64,000 nucleotides of DNA, from positions 1 through 64,000 of the IMG/VR virus record IMGVR_UViG_3300026518_000008, one strand, 5' to 3'. The notes beneath the pieces are model-generated. The model ran no database searches. It saw only the letters and a list, made by a program, of their open reading frames with translations, and had not been told where the DNA came from. Positions within the stretch are counted from its first letter, which is position 1, and the number at the start of each line of letters is the position of its first letter. A program made the translations under genes and the position numbers. Of the stretch, positions 1 through 11,270 are shown piece by piece. The stretch comes from a virus.

Positions 1-137
1 GAACCAGTGGGTAGGCCAGTAGCATCAGTATCTGGTACTAACATTGTTGGCCATGTACGCATGAACTCACGCTTAAATTTATTACCTCTTTTGTACCTAG
101 AGAGAACAGGAGACAGCAGATCAAATTTTGTATACAT
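1..137 (-). CDS. partial ORF (5' end), probable virion protein running off the left edge
   Basis: ATG at 137 gives open frame MYTKFDLLSPVLSRYKRGNKFKREF... to position 1; co-oriented with the structural operon. Confidence 0.5.
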   Translation of the reverse strand, partial: MYTKFDLLSPVLSRYKRGNKFKREFMRTWPTMLVPDTDATGLPTG

Positions 138-166
138 TACTCATCCCCAATATCCTTATATTGATA

Positions 167-1309
167 TTATATTGTGTATTGTTTTTTTTCTGACAGTCTG
201 ATTCCTCTGTCATCTATTACAGATACGCTTACTGTTACCGTTCCTGTTCCATTGATTAGATCTATGTCGTTTTGTGATACATTTACTGTGAATGCTTTTG
301 TTTCATCTATCAGTACTCTATCATTGATATATACTGTATTCTCTGGACCATTTAGCTTTGTTACCACATATTTACTTACTACTCCATCACTTGTTCCGCT
401 TATTGTCATTCCGCCTGTTGATGGCCATGATGCAGGCCATGATGTTACTGTTAATGTTCCAGCTACAGCATTATGATTTGTGTTTAGGTAGTCTGCTGCT
501 GTTGACCATTTATTTATATATGGTAAATATGCTTCTGTTGTATCAAATGTTGAACTTCCTATCATTGTTCCTAGCATTGATGCAGATGAGTTTAGTATAT
601 GTTGTCTCATATTATCATCAAATGCTAGCTCTTGCCTTTTGGCAACAGCAGTCTGTGCACTTGCCATTCCATCTGAGTCGCTACTATATCCAGCTAGCAT
701 TCCATCTGATTTCTGAGTTACATCTACTAGTCCATTTGCTCGTACTGTTGATGACCACTTCTCATATATATCTGCTTGTGCTTTTTTTACAGCTTCTACT
801 TGTAGTCCATTACCTTTATCTACACTATTCCTATTCAGAACCAGGGTAGTAGTATTAATGTCAGAAACATCGTATCCATATGTTCTGTATAGATCTGCTT
901 GTAGTTTCCATCCTTCTATTGCACTTACAGCTGAATCAGCTTTCATTTTTTCTATAGATGATTGAGTTAGATCTTTCTCATATTCTACTTTTTTTCTTTG
1001 AGCATCTTCTAGCTCAGTGTCAACTCGTAATTTCGTTAGAGCGTACGGAGCGTCCCTGTTTTCTGTTTCTATTTTCATAGCCATATCCATTGCAGTCGTA
1101 GTTATTTGAGTTGTCATTCCTGATAGAGTTTGTGTGAGTATATCTGCTTTTTCTCTCTCGCTGAGAGATCCTGCATTTTCTACGAAATCTGTTATTGTTT
1201 CTTTGGTTCTTATGTATATACTATCTTCAGCAGTAGACGCTTTCATTAGTTCCATATATGTAGACACTATATTTAGCTTACCTATTTTCTCTTGTATTAC
1301 TGTTGCCAT
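167..1309 (-). CDS. virion structural protein (N4 gp54-like position)
   Basis: 380 aa ORF downstream of the capsid operon; helical N-terminus, Ig-like beta C-terminus; synteny inference. Confidence 0.55.
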   Translation of the reverse strand: MATVIQEKIGKLNIVSTYMELMKASTAEDSIYIRTKETITDFVENAGSLSEREKADILTQTLSGMTTQITTTAMDMAMKIETENRDAPYALTKLRVDTELEDAQRKKVEYEKDLTQSSIEKMKADSAVSAIEGWKLQADLYRTYGYDVSDINTTTLVLNRNSVDKGNGLQVEAVKKAQADIYEKWSSTVRANGLVDVTQKSDGMLAGYSSDSDGMASAQTAVAKRQELAFDDNMRQHILNSSASMLGTMIGSSTFDTTEAYLPYINKWSTAADYLNTNHNAVAGTLTVTSWPASWPSTGGMTISGTSDGVVSKYVVTKLNGPENTVYINDRVLIDETKAFTVNVSQNDIDLINGTGTVTVSVSVIDDRGIRLSEKKQYTI

Positions 1310-1333
1310 GTTATTTCCTTTTCATATTTGATA

Positions 1334-2383
1334 TTATAGCGTAGTTACAATACTTTCCACATATGTGCTACTTCTTTCATAAACTTGGTTTGTGTTATAG
1401 AAATATACTTCAACAGATGTGCTATATATATAAATCTCTATTGTTGGATATCCATATCTTGTATACATATTGTTTGGGATTCCGTCGGTTGTATATACTA
1501 TTGTCTTCAAAAAATCATCCATATGTATTGTAGTGCTGGTTACTGCAGTATTATTGTATTGTGGGGCATGAGGTATTCTCACTATAGTAAGGTACGCACT
1601 TCCATTATCATATGTTGTATATTCTATTGTGTGGCTTGTTGATCTTAGAGAAGATGTTTTTGCTATACCTTGCGAGTCATTCCCAAATACAGTATAGTCA
1701 ACTCCATTAATTGAATAGCCAATACTGTTTCCACGAACAGTAAGTGCAGATCTTCCTGCGTCTAAATATGAGCTATTTAGTATTGTTAATGTTCTTGATT
1801 GCAATTGTATATGAAAGTCGTGTGTAAGAGCTGTTGCTTCTTTTGTTAAAAACATTTTATTTGATATATTAACATCTCCCATAAAGATTCCATTTGAATT
1901 AAGTTTTATTCCTTTTGTTATTTTTGGAATAAACTCTTCTAGCTTCATCTTTAATAATACAACAACAGATGAGCTATTTGGAACGCGAGTATAAATATAA
2001 TTACCTGCGTCATGAAATCCTGAATCATTTATGTAGAGAGCTATGCGTGGTCCTGATCCTGTCCATTCTGGAGGTTCATATGAAGTATCAAAAAATTTGT
2101 CCACTATTCTATATATATCATTGTCTATCTTTATCATAAGTATTTCTCCTTCAACTAATGGACCAGAGTAAACTTTAGTATAATTCACTGAATATAAGTC
2201 TATTGCAAGATATACTTGTTCTTCGCCAGATACTGAATAGTATGAAACTTCAGATATATTCACCTTGCTACTATATGTAGTATTTGGTAGTATTGCATTA
2301 TTTTTTAAATCGCTAGAAGACGTATTGCTGTTTGTTATATGTAGCATTGCATTTCCATCAGGTGACCCAAGATACAGACTCAT
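1334..2383 (-). CDS. hypothetical tail-associated protein
   Basis: 349 aa beta-rich S/T/Y-rich ORF overlapping the upstream tail gene stop. Confidence 0.5.
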   Translation of the reverse strand: MSLYLGSPDGNAMLHITNSNTSSSDLKNNAILPNTTYSSKVNISEVSYYSVSGEEQVYLAIDLYSVNYTKVYSGPLVEGEILMIKIDNDIYRIVDKFFDTSYEPPEWTGSGPRIALYINDSGFHDAGNYIYTRVPNSSSVVVLLKMKLEEFIPKITKGIKLNSNGIFMGDVNISNKMFLTKEATALTHDFHIQLQSRTLTILNSSYLDAGRSALTVRGNSIGYSINGVDYTVFGNDSQGIAKTSSLRSTSHTIEYTTYDNGSAYLTIVRIPHAPQYNNTAVTSTTIHMDDFLKTIVYTTDGIPNNMYTRYGYPTIEIYIYSTSVEVYFYNTNQVYERSSTYVESIVTTL

Positions 2384-3840
2384 GGTATATATATCTCCCC
2401 GTTATCTAGATCTATATACATTCCGTTATTACTTGCTTTTATATATCCACCTTGTATATTAGGAGCGGCATTTGTCCCAGCAGCAGCACTATCTAGTATG
2501 AAAGAGTTAACGCTATCATCCATCTTTATTTGACCGGTTTCCATGTTGAAAAAATTAGCACCAGTTGGATCAGCTATCAGCCCAGTCTCTATTCTTCCTC
2601 CATCTATTACTGTTGTACCTGTTGGATTAGCTAGATCAGCAGACAGTGTCGCATTGTCATACTCAGTTCCTGATAGAGCACCAGACATACCATTAAATGT
2701 TACCTTACCTATGAAATTCACATTTCCATTCACATCTACTGAGAATGGTTTACCGTTGGCACCATCTCCATTTTGGATATAGAAATTATCTGCATATATT
2801 GCGAACACACTTCCTGTTGCTCCATATGAGCTTCCATCATAGAACCCCCATCCAGTTTTGTTTCCATTTGTATCATACAATATCTTGCTTGCTCCACCAG
2901 TCCAGTTTGATACACCAGTTGGAATTGATGGTATTTGATGCCATCCATCTGTTCCAAATGATCCGCCTATGTATTCCCAGTATACACCTGATGTATCTGG
3001 AGCTCCAGAACTTGTTGCTGATTGTTTATTGCTACCTATCTTTGGAACATATGTTATTCCATCATAGTTTCCAGTTCCATTGAACTCATCTAGAGTTACA
3101 ACATGCACAGCTCCACTTGACACACCTTCTTCTGATGCTATTCTTGTACTCAGCTTTCCAACTTTTGCTACATAGTCTCCATAAAATCCTGATGATGCAT
3201 TCATTGTTCCATCTGGATTTATTCCTACTGCTGTATACGCTGTAGATATATGTCCAGCATTCGATGCTACACCAGTAGTAGGGTCAGTTACTATAGATAG
3301 TAGCACAGTTGATGCATATGATGCAGCTATGGCATCTGTTGCTATTGTTTTTGATTGGTTTAGTATTGATGCATTATTTGCATTAAATTCTGAACTTTGA
3401 ATTACTGTATCTACTGTTACTGCTTCATTTTTTGTTACATATGAGTTTTTCACATCCACTATTGCAGCTGCGTTTCCATCCAACTCTGATTTTACAGTAT
3501 CTATTTTTATATTTTGTGAGACAACTTGATTTTCTATTGAGGATATGCTCTCATGCACTCCTTTTTCTATTCCTGCTATCAGTACAGATAGATCATGCAC
3601 TACTTGATTTTGATCAGCGTATCCATTGCTTAGAGCTATATCTATACTCTTTGTTAACCAGTCTGGCATTCCACCATTTGCGTATCCTGCTGCTGCACTA
3701 GTCGTTACTATATAGTCTTGTGATGATACTATTGCTGTTGCTTTGTCAGTTGTTTTTACTGTTGCTGGCACAGCTTCAGATTCTACTCTCACTGGTTCTG
3801 ATGTTACAGATACAGATTCATCTACTACTTTTACAGACAT
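2380..3840 (-). CDS. tail fibre / central spike protein with DUF1983-like segment
   Basis: coiled coil followed by SVFAIYADNFYI...KPFSVDVNGNVNF, typical of J-like tip proteins. Confidence 0.6.
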   Translation of the reverse strand: MSVKVVDESVSVTSEPVRVESEAVPATVKTTDKATAIVSSQDYIVTTSAAAGYANGGMPDWLTKSIDIALSNGYADQNQVVHDLSVLIAGIEKGVHESISSIENQVVSQNIKIDTVKSELDGNAAAIVDVKNSYVTKNEAVTVDTVIQSSEFNANNASILNQSKTIATDAIAASYASTVLLSIVTDPTTGVASNAGHISTAYTAVGINPDGTMNASSGFYGDYVAKVGKLSTRIASEEGVSSGAVHVVTLDEFNGTGNYDGITYVPKIGSNKQSATSSGAPDTSGVYWEYIGGSFGTDGWHQIPSIPTGVSNWTGGASKILYDTNGNKTGWGFYDGSSYGATGSVFAIYADNFYIQNGDGANGKPFSVDVNGNVNFIGKVTFNGMSGALSGTEYDNATLSADLANPTGTTVIDGGRIETGLIADPTGANFFNMETGQIKMDDSVNSFILDSAAAGTNAAPNIQGGYIKASNNGMYIDLDNGEIYIP

Positions 3841-3842
3841 CT

Positions 3843-4838
3843 CTATGCACCTGCATATGATACATATATATCTGCTATTCTTGCTACTCTATTGAGTGGA
3901 TTTGGATTTCCATTTACATTAGAGAACTTTATATTTATTATTCCCATGTATTCTGATTTGAGATAGTAGTTATCTACTCCATCTCCTTCTAATACATTGA
4001 GTTTCGCTGTCTCACTTGCATACATTGATACGACTAGATACCCATTTTGATCATACCAGTCTGCAGTTATTTCTGGAGACCCTATAGTATATGCAGTTTG
4101 GACTATGTTTGTAGATTTATCTACTTTTGCCTGACCACCTGCATTTTCAATTATTGTGATTACATCAGAACCAGATGGATGCGTCTTACCTACATATTCA
4201 GGTAATACAGTCATTGCAGTATTCAGTGAATCCATTATCTTACCAGCACTTGTCAGAGTATCATTTGTGTTGCTTAATCCACCAGATATTGTCAGAGTTC
4301 TAGTACCTACAGTCACATCATAGTCAGTTAGTGAAGTACCAGCAGTTATTGCGTCTGCTCCAGATTGCGTCAGCACTATATAGTTTCCATTTGTTGTATA
4401 GTATCCATCTTGATTTGATACTGTTGCTGCTGTAATTGATGAGCTATGTATTACTACCGTTGCTACAGTATCTCCAGCATTTACTGCACCAGATTGAGTA
4501 TTTACTGAGAATATATCTGTCTCATTATCTACTTCATACACCTCACCTTTTACAGTTATTGAGTATTTCTCGTATCCAACTCTTGATATTTGCAGAGTCG
4601 TGTCTTCTGGTACGGCAGCAGTATTACCTACTATTACAGCTTTTCTTTCTACTAGCATTTGAGCTAGTTCTATTCCATTTACATCTACAGCTGGTGTCCC
4701 ATCTGCTTTGTTTCGTATCTTGAATTCGCTTAGTAGATTATCTAGTTCAGATACATTTTGCGGCAGGAAACTATCTTCTTCCATTATTTGTACTGTGAAT
4801 GTATAGTCAGTGCCTTGTGGTATTATGAATCTGCTCAT
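3843..4838 (-). CDS. virion structural protein
   Basis: 331 aa T/S/G-rich beta protein in the tail operon. Confidence 0.5.
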   Translation of the reverse strand: MSRFIIPQGTDYTFTVQIMEEDSFLPQNVSELDNLLSEFKIRNKADGTPAVDVNGIELAQMLVERKAVIVGNTAAVPEDTTLQISRVGYEKYSITVKGEVYEVDNETDIFSVNTQSGAVNAGDTVATVVIHSSSITAATVSNQDGYYTTNGNYIVLTQSGADAITAGTSLTDYDVTVGTRTLTISGGLSNTNDTLTSAGKIMDSLNTAMTVLPEYVGKTHPSGSDVITIIENAGGQAKVDKSTNIVQTAYTIGSPEITADWYDQNGYLVVSMYASETAKLNVLEGDGVDNYYLKSEYMGIINIKFSNVNGNPNPLNRVARIADIYVSYAGA

Positions 4839-4944
4839 GCATTTCTCCAGTATTGTATTTTGTTGTTGAGGGATTACTATTTACCCTCGTATATATTCAC
4901 ATCAGAACCAGGGGAGTTAGTCCTAGTTCCAATCTAACTACATA

Positions 4945-5586
4945 TTACAGTTCATTGTCTTGTAGTGACACACCATATTTTTTGATTACTATTGGAGTTT
5001 TGTTTCCAGTTCGCTGTCCATTTATTATTTCATCTACATGAGATGTTATTACTATCTCTTGAGCTACCTTAATTAGGCATCTTTCTAGCTCTACAGGAAT
5101 ATCTAGAGGTACTTGTCTTTGAATTACACCTGCTGATATAAACGCCATTGTTGCATGAGAGTTTTCTCTCTTATCATTATTTGTGATTGTTACTATTCTC
5201 TTGCCCATCCAGAATGCTTTCAGCCTTGCATGGTATTTCTGAGCCTCTCTCTTGGCTTGCTCTTTTGACATTGTAGAAAAGTTTGGTTTTGATTCCATAA
5301 TTTCTTTGTATGTTTCTCCTATATGTCCATCAGTTGCTGTCTTTTTCTTTTTAATTTTGATAGGATCCTCTGCTTCTACTTCTGTAGTATCTTCACTATC
5401 TACTTTTGTTTTTAGATCTTCAGTAGCTTCTTCTACCTCATTAACTAAACCATCAGCTGCGTGGTTCTCATAGTATGTGTCGATTGCTTCTTTCATATCT
5501 TTCTTGCTTTTTATTGATTTCACATTGATACCGAGATCTCTTGCTTCTGATTTCAGTTCTTCGAATGTTTCTGTTATATCTGACAT
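4945..5586 (-). CDS. N4 gp55-like head-associated protein
   Basis: 213 aa, directly downstream of major capsid; acidic N-terminus; N4-type gene order. Confidence 0.55.
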   Translation of the reverse strand: MSDITETFEELKSEARDLGINVKSIKSKKDMKEAIDTYYENHAADGLVNEVEEATEDLKTKVDSEDTTEVEAEDPIKIKKKKTATDGHIGETYKEIMESKPNFSTMSKEQAKREAQKYHARLKAFWMGKRIVTITNNDKRENSHATMAFISAGVIQRQVPLDIPVELERCLIKVAQEIVITSHVDEIINGQRTGNKTPIVIKKYGVSLQDNEL

Positions 5587-5700
5587 TGTTCTATTCCTCT
5601 TGGGTTTTTAGATTGAGAGTCATTTCTGACTCATGTTATTGATTCTACAGTATTTCTACTGTAGAACACCTTAGTTGTCCATCAGCATATCAAAAAATGA

Positions 5701-6870
5701 TTATGCTGTAGCGAGAACATCTACTTCTAAAAGCTTTGTTTCGTCGAGAATTATACCAGCGTACCACATGTTGTACGAGAAAAATCCGCGTGTACCGTAT
5801 GGGTTACTTAGTTCTACTTTGTCAGGAGACTTAGAGTTGAACTTGATTTTACCTTTACCTTGTAGACCAACAGTTGCGAATGAACCTTTTGTTGGAAATA
5901 GTACAGGGAACACATCAAAGTTTGCACCATTGTTGGATAGCTCTCCTGCATATGATGCAGGTAGTGCAGCACCAGCTCCAACTCTTACCATTGCAGATTC
6001 TGATTCGATGAATCTTACATCATGCATTGCACCAACTTCACCTTCAGCTAGTTTTTCAGCAGCAGCATATTTGTATCTTGGGATATATGCGAACTCTTCA
6101 GCATATCCAGCACCACGAGTTAGTGTTTCGAGATCATATTTTACTTCGTTACCGATTATAGCATAGTATGCTCTATTGATTGTACGAGTATCAATCTTAG
6201 TTGATCCAGATACGATTTGAGTATTATACTGTGCACGGTTACGAACTAGTCGTTTACTAGCTTGTCTAATTAGGTCGAAACCTACTTTGTATAGTTCAGC
6301 ATTTGTATCATCTGCACCTACAGTTGATCCGATATCACTGATTGTAGCTGATCCACCAGCAAATAGTTTATTACCAGTTGACAACATATCTCTTTGGATA
6401 AGATCTTCTTGACGTCTATTTGCTAGATATCCTAGCTCTTCACGGTATCTTACTTGGATAGAGTCTTCAGAGAACATATCTACCTCATCAGTATAGTCTA
6501 TCATTTCACCGTATCGTGCGAATGATGTTTCCATTGTGATCTTTTGAGGCCCTACTTGGTTTACTGCTCCAGCACCTTCAGCTAGAACAACATTTGCAGC
6601 TAGATCAGCAGTTACAGCATCTAGGCTTCTTGAGCTCAGGTACCCTTTTGTAGCGAACTCTGTATCAGCAGTTGTTCTATCATAGATGTGTAGGAACTTA
6701 CTGATTTTGTATGTCTTACCCATTTTTAGTGGCATTGATTTTTTATCTGCCCATTGACCATATACATTTATTTCTCTTGCTGCTTTAATACCAGCTTTGT
6801 CATAAAAGTGTACTACCGTGTTTTCACCTTGTGAGCTATTTACTCCATTTCCATATACTTGTGTTGCCAT
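5701..6870 (-). CDS. major capsid protein, N4 gp56 family
   Basis: 389 aa; MPLKMGKTYK, EGAGAVN, YAAAEKLAEGEVG, NPYGTRGFFSYNMWY; follows portal and scaffold. Confidence 0.9.
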   Translation of the reverse strand: MATQVYGNGVNSSQGENTVVHFYDKAGIKAAREINVYGQWADKKSMPLKMGKTYKISKFLHIYDRTTADTEFATKGYLSSRSLDAVTADLAANVVLAEGAGAVNQVGPQKITMETSFARYGEMIDYTDEVDMFSEDSIQVRYREELGYLANRRQEDLIQRDMLSTGNKLFAGGSATISDIGSTVGADDTNAELYKVGFDLIRQASKRLVRNRAQYNTQIVSGSTKIDTRTINRAYYAIIGNEVKYDLETLTRGAGYAEEFAYIPRYKYAAAEKLAEGEVGAMHDVRFIESESAMVRVGAGAALPASYAGELSNNGANFDVFPVLFPTKGSFATVGLQGKGKIKFNSKSPDKVELSNPYGTRGFFSYNMWYAGIILDETKLLEVDVLATA

Positions 6871-6918
6871 TGTATTTACCCCTCCATTAGGGCATATTTC
6901 ATTTTATCGAGCAGAGTC

Positions 6919-8184
6919 TCATAGACTCGCCTCGAGATTTTTATACCATTCGTTGAATGATTCATCATCATCATCGAGATAGTCAACTACAGTTTTATTC
7001 CCTGCAGATTTACTAGGTATTGCAGCATTTTTACGCCCATTGGCATCTGCTTCTACCTGTTTCTGCTTTTCTTGTTGTGCTTTCACTTCGGCTATTCTAA
7101 CAGCATTTGCTTCAGCTTGTCTTTTAGCTTCTGCGTTTGCACCATCTAGTCTTGCCTGTTCAGTAGCATCGTTTTGAACTTTAGCTATATTTTGGTTTTG
7201 AATTGTATGAGCTCGTCTCTGTGCAGCTTGTGCATAGTATTCGATATCAGACAGCCTATTACCATCGTACAGCTTTAGTTTTGTTGCTTCTGCACTCAGC
7301 ACATCGAAATCTCCAGACTTCACATCTATGTGTAGCTTTTTGATTAGTGATGGGTTATCTAGGAATGCATCTCGTGATGATTGATCCCATCTGTTACTCA
7401 GCACGTCTTGTGTTATTGCGTATTCAGGATCCCTTCCTATTTCATTTACTATGTCATTGATTTCGAGTTCCACTTCAGATTGTCCATACTGTTGTGGCTG
7501 ATACACCTGATCTTCACTATCAACATCCAGCTCCATAGGATCTATGTTTACTTTTTGCATGAGCTTGTTGATAGCTCCTTTGTCACCCTTCATTACATCT
7601 ATCATTAACTCAATATCAGAATGTGATATTTTATTATCTTCTAGTGCACTTATCGTGGTTCTCCATGGCTTGATCTCTTGCATCTTTTGAGTATAATTCA
7701 TTGACTGACCAAATACTTGTCCGAATCGTTCTTTTATCTCCGCTTCAGTAAATTCGAATTCTTGTCCATTTGCATTATACTTATATGTTTGTGGCTTCGT
7801 GTCCTCTGGTTCTGATTTGTCTACATCGTTAGCTTCTGTCTTATCTGCATCAGCTTCAGCAGGATCTGTTCCATTGTCTTCGTTACCATCAGTATTGGAG
7901 TCTGTAGTCGATTGTTCCAATTCTTTTGAATGCTCATCATCTGCAACATCATTATCTTGCGATTTGTCACTATTTACATCGTCTTCTGCCGGTTCAGAAC
8001 CAGTGATATTTGTAGTTTCATTTTCATCAGAGTTTGCATCATTTTGGTCTCCGATTATATCATCTCCTATATCTCCTTGTTCTTGTTCAGCTCGAGCAGA
8101 AGCTAGTGCTTCTTCGAACTGTTCATCTGACATATCATAAAGGGCTTCTTCTTCATCAGTAAGTGGGTTTACGCTATCATACAT
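6919..8184 (-). CDS. capsid scaffolding protein (N4 gp57-like)
   Basis: 421 aa, very acidic N-terminus, YKYNANGQEFEF...MNYTQKMQ; between portal and capsid. Confidence 0.75.
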   Translation of the reverse strand: MYDSVNPLTDEEEALYDMSDEQFEEALASARAEQEQGDIGDDIIGDQNDANSDENETTNITGSEPAEDDVNSDKSQDNDVADDEHSKELEQSTTDSNTDGNEDNGTDPAEADADKTEANDVDKSEPEDTKPQTYKYNANGQEFEFTEAEIKERFGQVFGQSMNYTQKMQEIKPWRTTISALEDNKISHSDIELMIDVMKGDKGAINKLMQKVNIDPMELDVDSEDQVYQPQQYGQSEVELEINDIVNEIGRDPEYAITQDVLSNRWDQSSRDAFLDNPSLIKKLHIDVKSGDFDVLSAEATKLKLYDGNRLSDIEYYAQAAQRRAHTIQNQNIAKVQNDATEQARLDGANAEAKRQAEANAVRIAEVKAQQEKQKQVEADANGRKNAAIPSKSAGNKTVVDYLDDDDESFNEWYKNLEASL

Positions 8185-8187
8185 TGC

Positions 8188-8499
8188 CTACTCCTCTACT
8201 TCTGGACCTTCGATGTTAGCGATTGTTTCCTCTGCACTAGCTCCGAATGTTTTTACCATTTTAAAATAGTATCCTAGATTACTTATTGCAACTAGATCTT
8301 CCATTATGTTTGGTCTATCTCCATTTACCTTTGTACTAGGTTCACCTAGTAGGCTTACTGAGTCCAACACCTTATCTTTCATGTATCCATCTAGAATTAG
8401 TCTTTTGAATCTTTCATCCTTTTCTAGTTCTTCTAGATCTTGTTTCATCTGTGCATAGTGTCTTGTCTCTACCATTTCGAGTTCGTCTTGGTTTTCCAT
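8188..8499 (-). CDS. N4 gp58-like protein
   Basis: LEKDERFKRLILDGY motif; likely start MENQDE at 8499 with AAGGA RBS (ORF track starts at 8568). Confidence 0.6.
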   Translation of the reverse strand: MENQDELEMVETRHYAQMKQDLEELEKDERFKRLILDGYMKDKVLDSVSLLGEPSTKVNGDRPNIMEDLVAISNLGYYFKMVKTFGASAEETIANIEGPEVEE

Positions 8500-8613
8500 T
8501 TCTGGTTCCTTATATTTTGATGTGAGCCCTGTTTTATGAGGTTCTTCACTGGTATTATACTTATCCATAGCTTAGTCGCAGCTTAGTTGTATATTATTGC
8601 CTTCAGTTTTCCT

Positions 8614-8886
8614 TTATTGTTGGGATGTCATCATCCCTGCTAGACCCTGTGGTTGCTGTTGTTGCATTTGTTGTTGCTGTTGTTGCATTCTCTGTTCTCT
8701 TTGCAAAATTTGCATTGCTTGTTCTATTAGTGCATTTGATATACCAGCTGCAACTAGTTCTTGTGGTGTTGATCCATTTTGTAGCATTTTTATAACTTGT
8801 GCTATATCAGCTTGTTGACCAGCACCTCCTTGATTTGATCCAGCCATGCTTTCTCCGAGTCCTTGTTCATTCATTGTATTCTCCAT
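8614..8886 (-). CDS. small Gln-rich hypothetical protein
   Basis: 90 aa with poly-Q C-terminus, in head operon. Confidence 0.6.
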   Translation of the reverse strand: MENTMNEQGLGESMAGSNQGGAGQQADIAQVIKMLQNGSTPQELVAAGISNALIEQAMQILQREQRMQQQQQQMQQQQPQGLAGMMTSQQ

Positions 8887-8887
8887 T

Positions 8888-9172
8888 TTATCTCCAGTGT
8901 GTTGGTATTGGTTTTTGATTTGTTTGCTCGTGATATTGTTGTGCCACTCCAGAACCAGAGGAGAGTATATTTGCTAGACCAGATTCAGCCATATCTGCTC
9001 TATGTTTTTCAGCATCTAGTTCTGGTATAAGCTTGTCATACGCTTGTTTTGCTCCAGCTATCATTCCTAGTTTAGCTATCTTCTTGTTTTCATTTTCTTT
9101 AACTATTGCATCGTATTCTGCAGCTTTTTTGTCTCTAGCTTCTTCTGCTAATTTATTAGCTATGATTCCCAT
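8888..9172 (-). CDS. hypothetical protein
   Basis: 94 aa ORF with AAGGAG RBS. Confidence 0.6.
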   Translation of the reverse strand: MGIIANKLAEEARDKKAAEYDAIVKENENKKIAKLGMIAGAKQAYDKLIPELDAEKHRADMAESGLANILSSGSGVAQQYHEQTNQKPIPTHWR

Positions 9173-9212
9173 AATCGTCTCCTTGGTTGTGGTAGCTGTT
9201 TTATTTGTGTTA

Positions 9213-11228
9213 TCATTGCATAACTCCTAGTTGCTTATCTCCAGCTTGTTGTTGCATCTTCATCTGCTCCATGTTTGCTTGGTACTTCATATACTCTTTT
9301 TGCATATCTTGCTTGTGCTTGATTTCCATATCTTTACGCTTGACTTTTTCATCTATTTGTTCATCTGTTTTTATATAGTTTAGATCTTGCATGTCTGATG
9401 CTGAGTGTAGCTGTCTTGCTTTTGCTTCATCTACAGCAGCTTTTGCCATCTTTGCTCTTTTGTCAGCTTCATTCTCATGACCTGTTGCATATATAGAGAA
9501 TATCTCTGCTTCTAGTTTCTTATTCATCAATTCAGCTTTTTGTACTTCTATTTGTTTCATTTTTTCTTGCATTGGGTCTGGATTTTGCATCTGCTGTCTT
9601 ACTTTTTTTGCTTTGTCTCTTAACCTTTTTGCAGCTTTTGGCATTTTTGTTAGTTCAGCCCAGTCGGCCATTAGATCGAATTTCATATCTGGATCCATAC
9701 TTTGAGCTGTAGTTTGCATCATAAATGATAATTCTTGCGATTTTTGTGCATTGTCTTCAGCTGTGCTAACTTCTATATCTAGATCTACTCTACCAGTTAG
9801 ATCAGCTTTAGTTATTGGTACAAATTTTGCATTTGTTATATCCATTATTTCTTTATCATTCATGAACTCTGCACTGTATGATAACCACTTTCTCATCATT
9901 GGTTTTATTAGATTTTCAGCTATATTTCTTACTCTATACATTCTTCTTACAGCTGTTGCACTGAGTGCTCCTCTTACACCAGTAGCACTACCACTTATTG
10001 ATCCTCCAGATATTCCACCGCTAAATGATTTTACTCCTGTTTGAGACTCTATTTCATTACTCTGTACTGATAACATATCGAACGCAGAACTTGGTATTGA
10101 ATTATAGCTTCCATACCAGAAGTCATTTGGAGTTCCATTGAACTCGAAGTTCTCATCATTTAGGAATTTTCTTCTATTAGCTACATCTAGTGCACCTTTA
10201 CGAACTCCAGTTTGTCCATTATTAGATTGAGCCATATTATCTATGATTCCACGAGTTACTGCTGTTTTTATCTTTTGGTTATCCGCTATTAGTTCTGCAT
10301 CTGATTCTCCAGCTAGCTGGAATGGTACAGAGTTAAATGGAACTACCATGAATGGTACTTTGTTGTCTGGATATGGATTATCTTGAAGTCTAATTATAGT
10401 ATTGCCTATCCATGCACATACTACTGGTTTTGCTATTCCGCTTCCTTCTATATCATAGTTACCCCAATATTCATATATCATTAGTTTCTTCCTAGGATTA
10501 TCTTGAAATTGGAATCTAGTTTCATCTTCTGGATCATAGTAGATATCATTTACTGAATCTCCAGATGATTCTTTCATTACCTTATCTATGTTTTTATATC
10601 TTTTATCTTGTTTTAGAGTTGTATAGTCAGTTTCATATCTATGGATTACGAATTGACAGTTTTCCATGTTATCCATACATGTTGGATCTATATACACATC
10701 TTCGTTTCTACATACTACAGCAGTTGGTCTATTTATTATTATCTCTGTTTCTTCTGCAGGGACCATAACTATTGTTTCTACACCGTTTACTACTTCTATT
10801 GTTTCTGTTTCTCGTTGTATTTTCTTATCTTTATACTCCCATCCAGTTTGTACAACTAGAGTACCTTCTTGCGATAGCACTTTTAGAGCTTTTGACATGA
10901 ATGAGAATCTAGGAAAATCTCTACAGAATTGGTAGTTTAATAGTAGTTCACTTTGTTTAGCTTTGTCTACATCTTCGTACGTGATAGGAGATACTTTTAC
11001 TATTTCTCGTGTTGATACGAATGGATCTAGTATTGATGGATGTAGCCATTCATCCTGCTTTTTTATATCTCGTGATACTATTTGAGATTTGCCTTTTACC
11101 TCATTTCCATATTTTTCACCATTATATCCATGTTTGTATTCTGCTATTTTTGTATCTTGATCCGCTCTTGCTGCCATAGCATGCTTTAGATCTGCTTGCA
11201 TACCTTTTAATATCTTATTCTTGTCCAT
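9213..11228 (-). CDS. portal protein (N4 gp59-like)
   Basis: 671 aa; KYGNEVKGKSQIVSRDIKKQ, IYEYWGNYD, NPYPDNKVPF; C-terminal coiled coil. Confidence 0.9.
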   Translation of the reverse strand: MDKNKILKGMQADLKHAMAARADQDTKIAEYKHGYNGEKYGNEVKGKSQIVSRDIKKQDEWLHPSILDPFVSTREIVKVSPITYEDVDKAKQSELLLNYQFCRDFPRFSFMSKALKVLSQEGTLVVQTGWEYKDKKIQRETETIEVVNGVETIVMVPAEETEIIINRPTAVVCRNEDVYIDPTCMDNMENCQFVIHRYETDYTTLKQDKRYKNIDKVMKESSGDSVNDIYYDPEDETRFQFQDNPRKKLMIYEYWGNYDIEGSGIAKPVVCAWIGNTIIRLQDNPYPDNKVPFMVVPFNSVPFQLAGESDAELIADNQKIKTAVTRGIIDNMAQSNNGQTGVRKGALDVANRRKFLNDENFEFNGTPNDFWYGSYNSIPSSAFDMLSVQSNEIESQTGVKSFSGGISGGSISGSATGVRGALSATAVRRMYRVRNIAENLIKPMMRKWLSYSAEFMNDKEIMDITNAKFVPITKADLTGRVDLDIEVSTAEDNAQKSQELSFMMQTTAQSMDPDMKFDLMADWAELTKMPKAAKRLRDKAKKVRQQMQNPDPMQEKMKQIEVQKAELMNKKLEAEIFSIYATGHENEADKRAKMAKAAVDEAKARQLHSASDMQDLNYIKTDEQIDEKVKRKDMEIKHKQDMQKEYMKYQANMEQMKMQQQAGDKQLGVMQ

Positions 11229-11261
11229 AGAAATTTTCCTTGGCTAGTTCTTATTATTGAC

Positions 11262-11270
11262 ATTATACCA
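11262..11270 (-). promoter_or_regulatory. sigma70 extended -10 (TGGTATAAT) upstream of portal
   Basis: exact TGnTATAAT 34 nt before the portal start, AT-rich upstream. Confidence 0.6.
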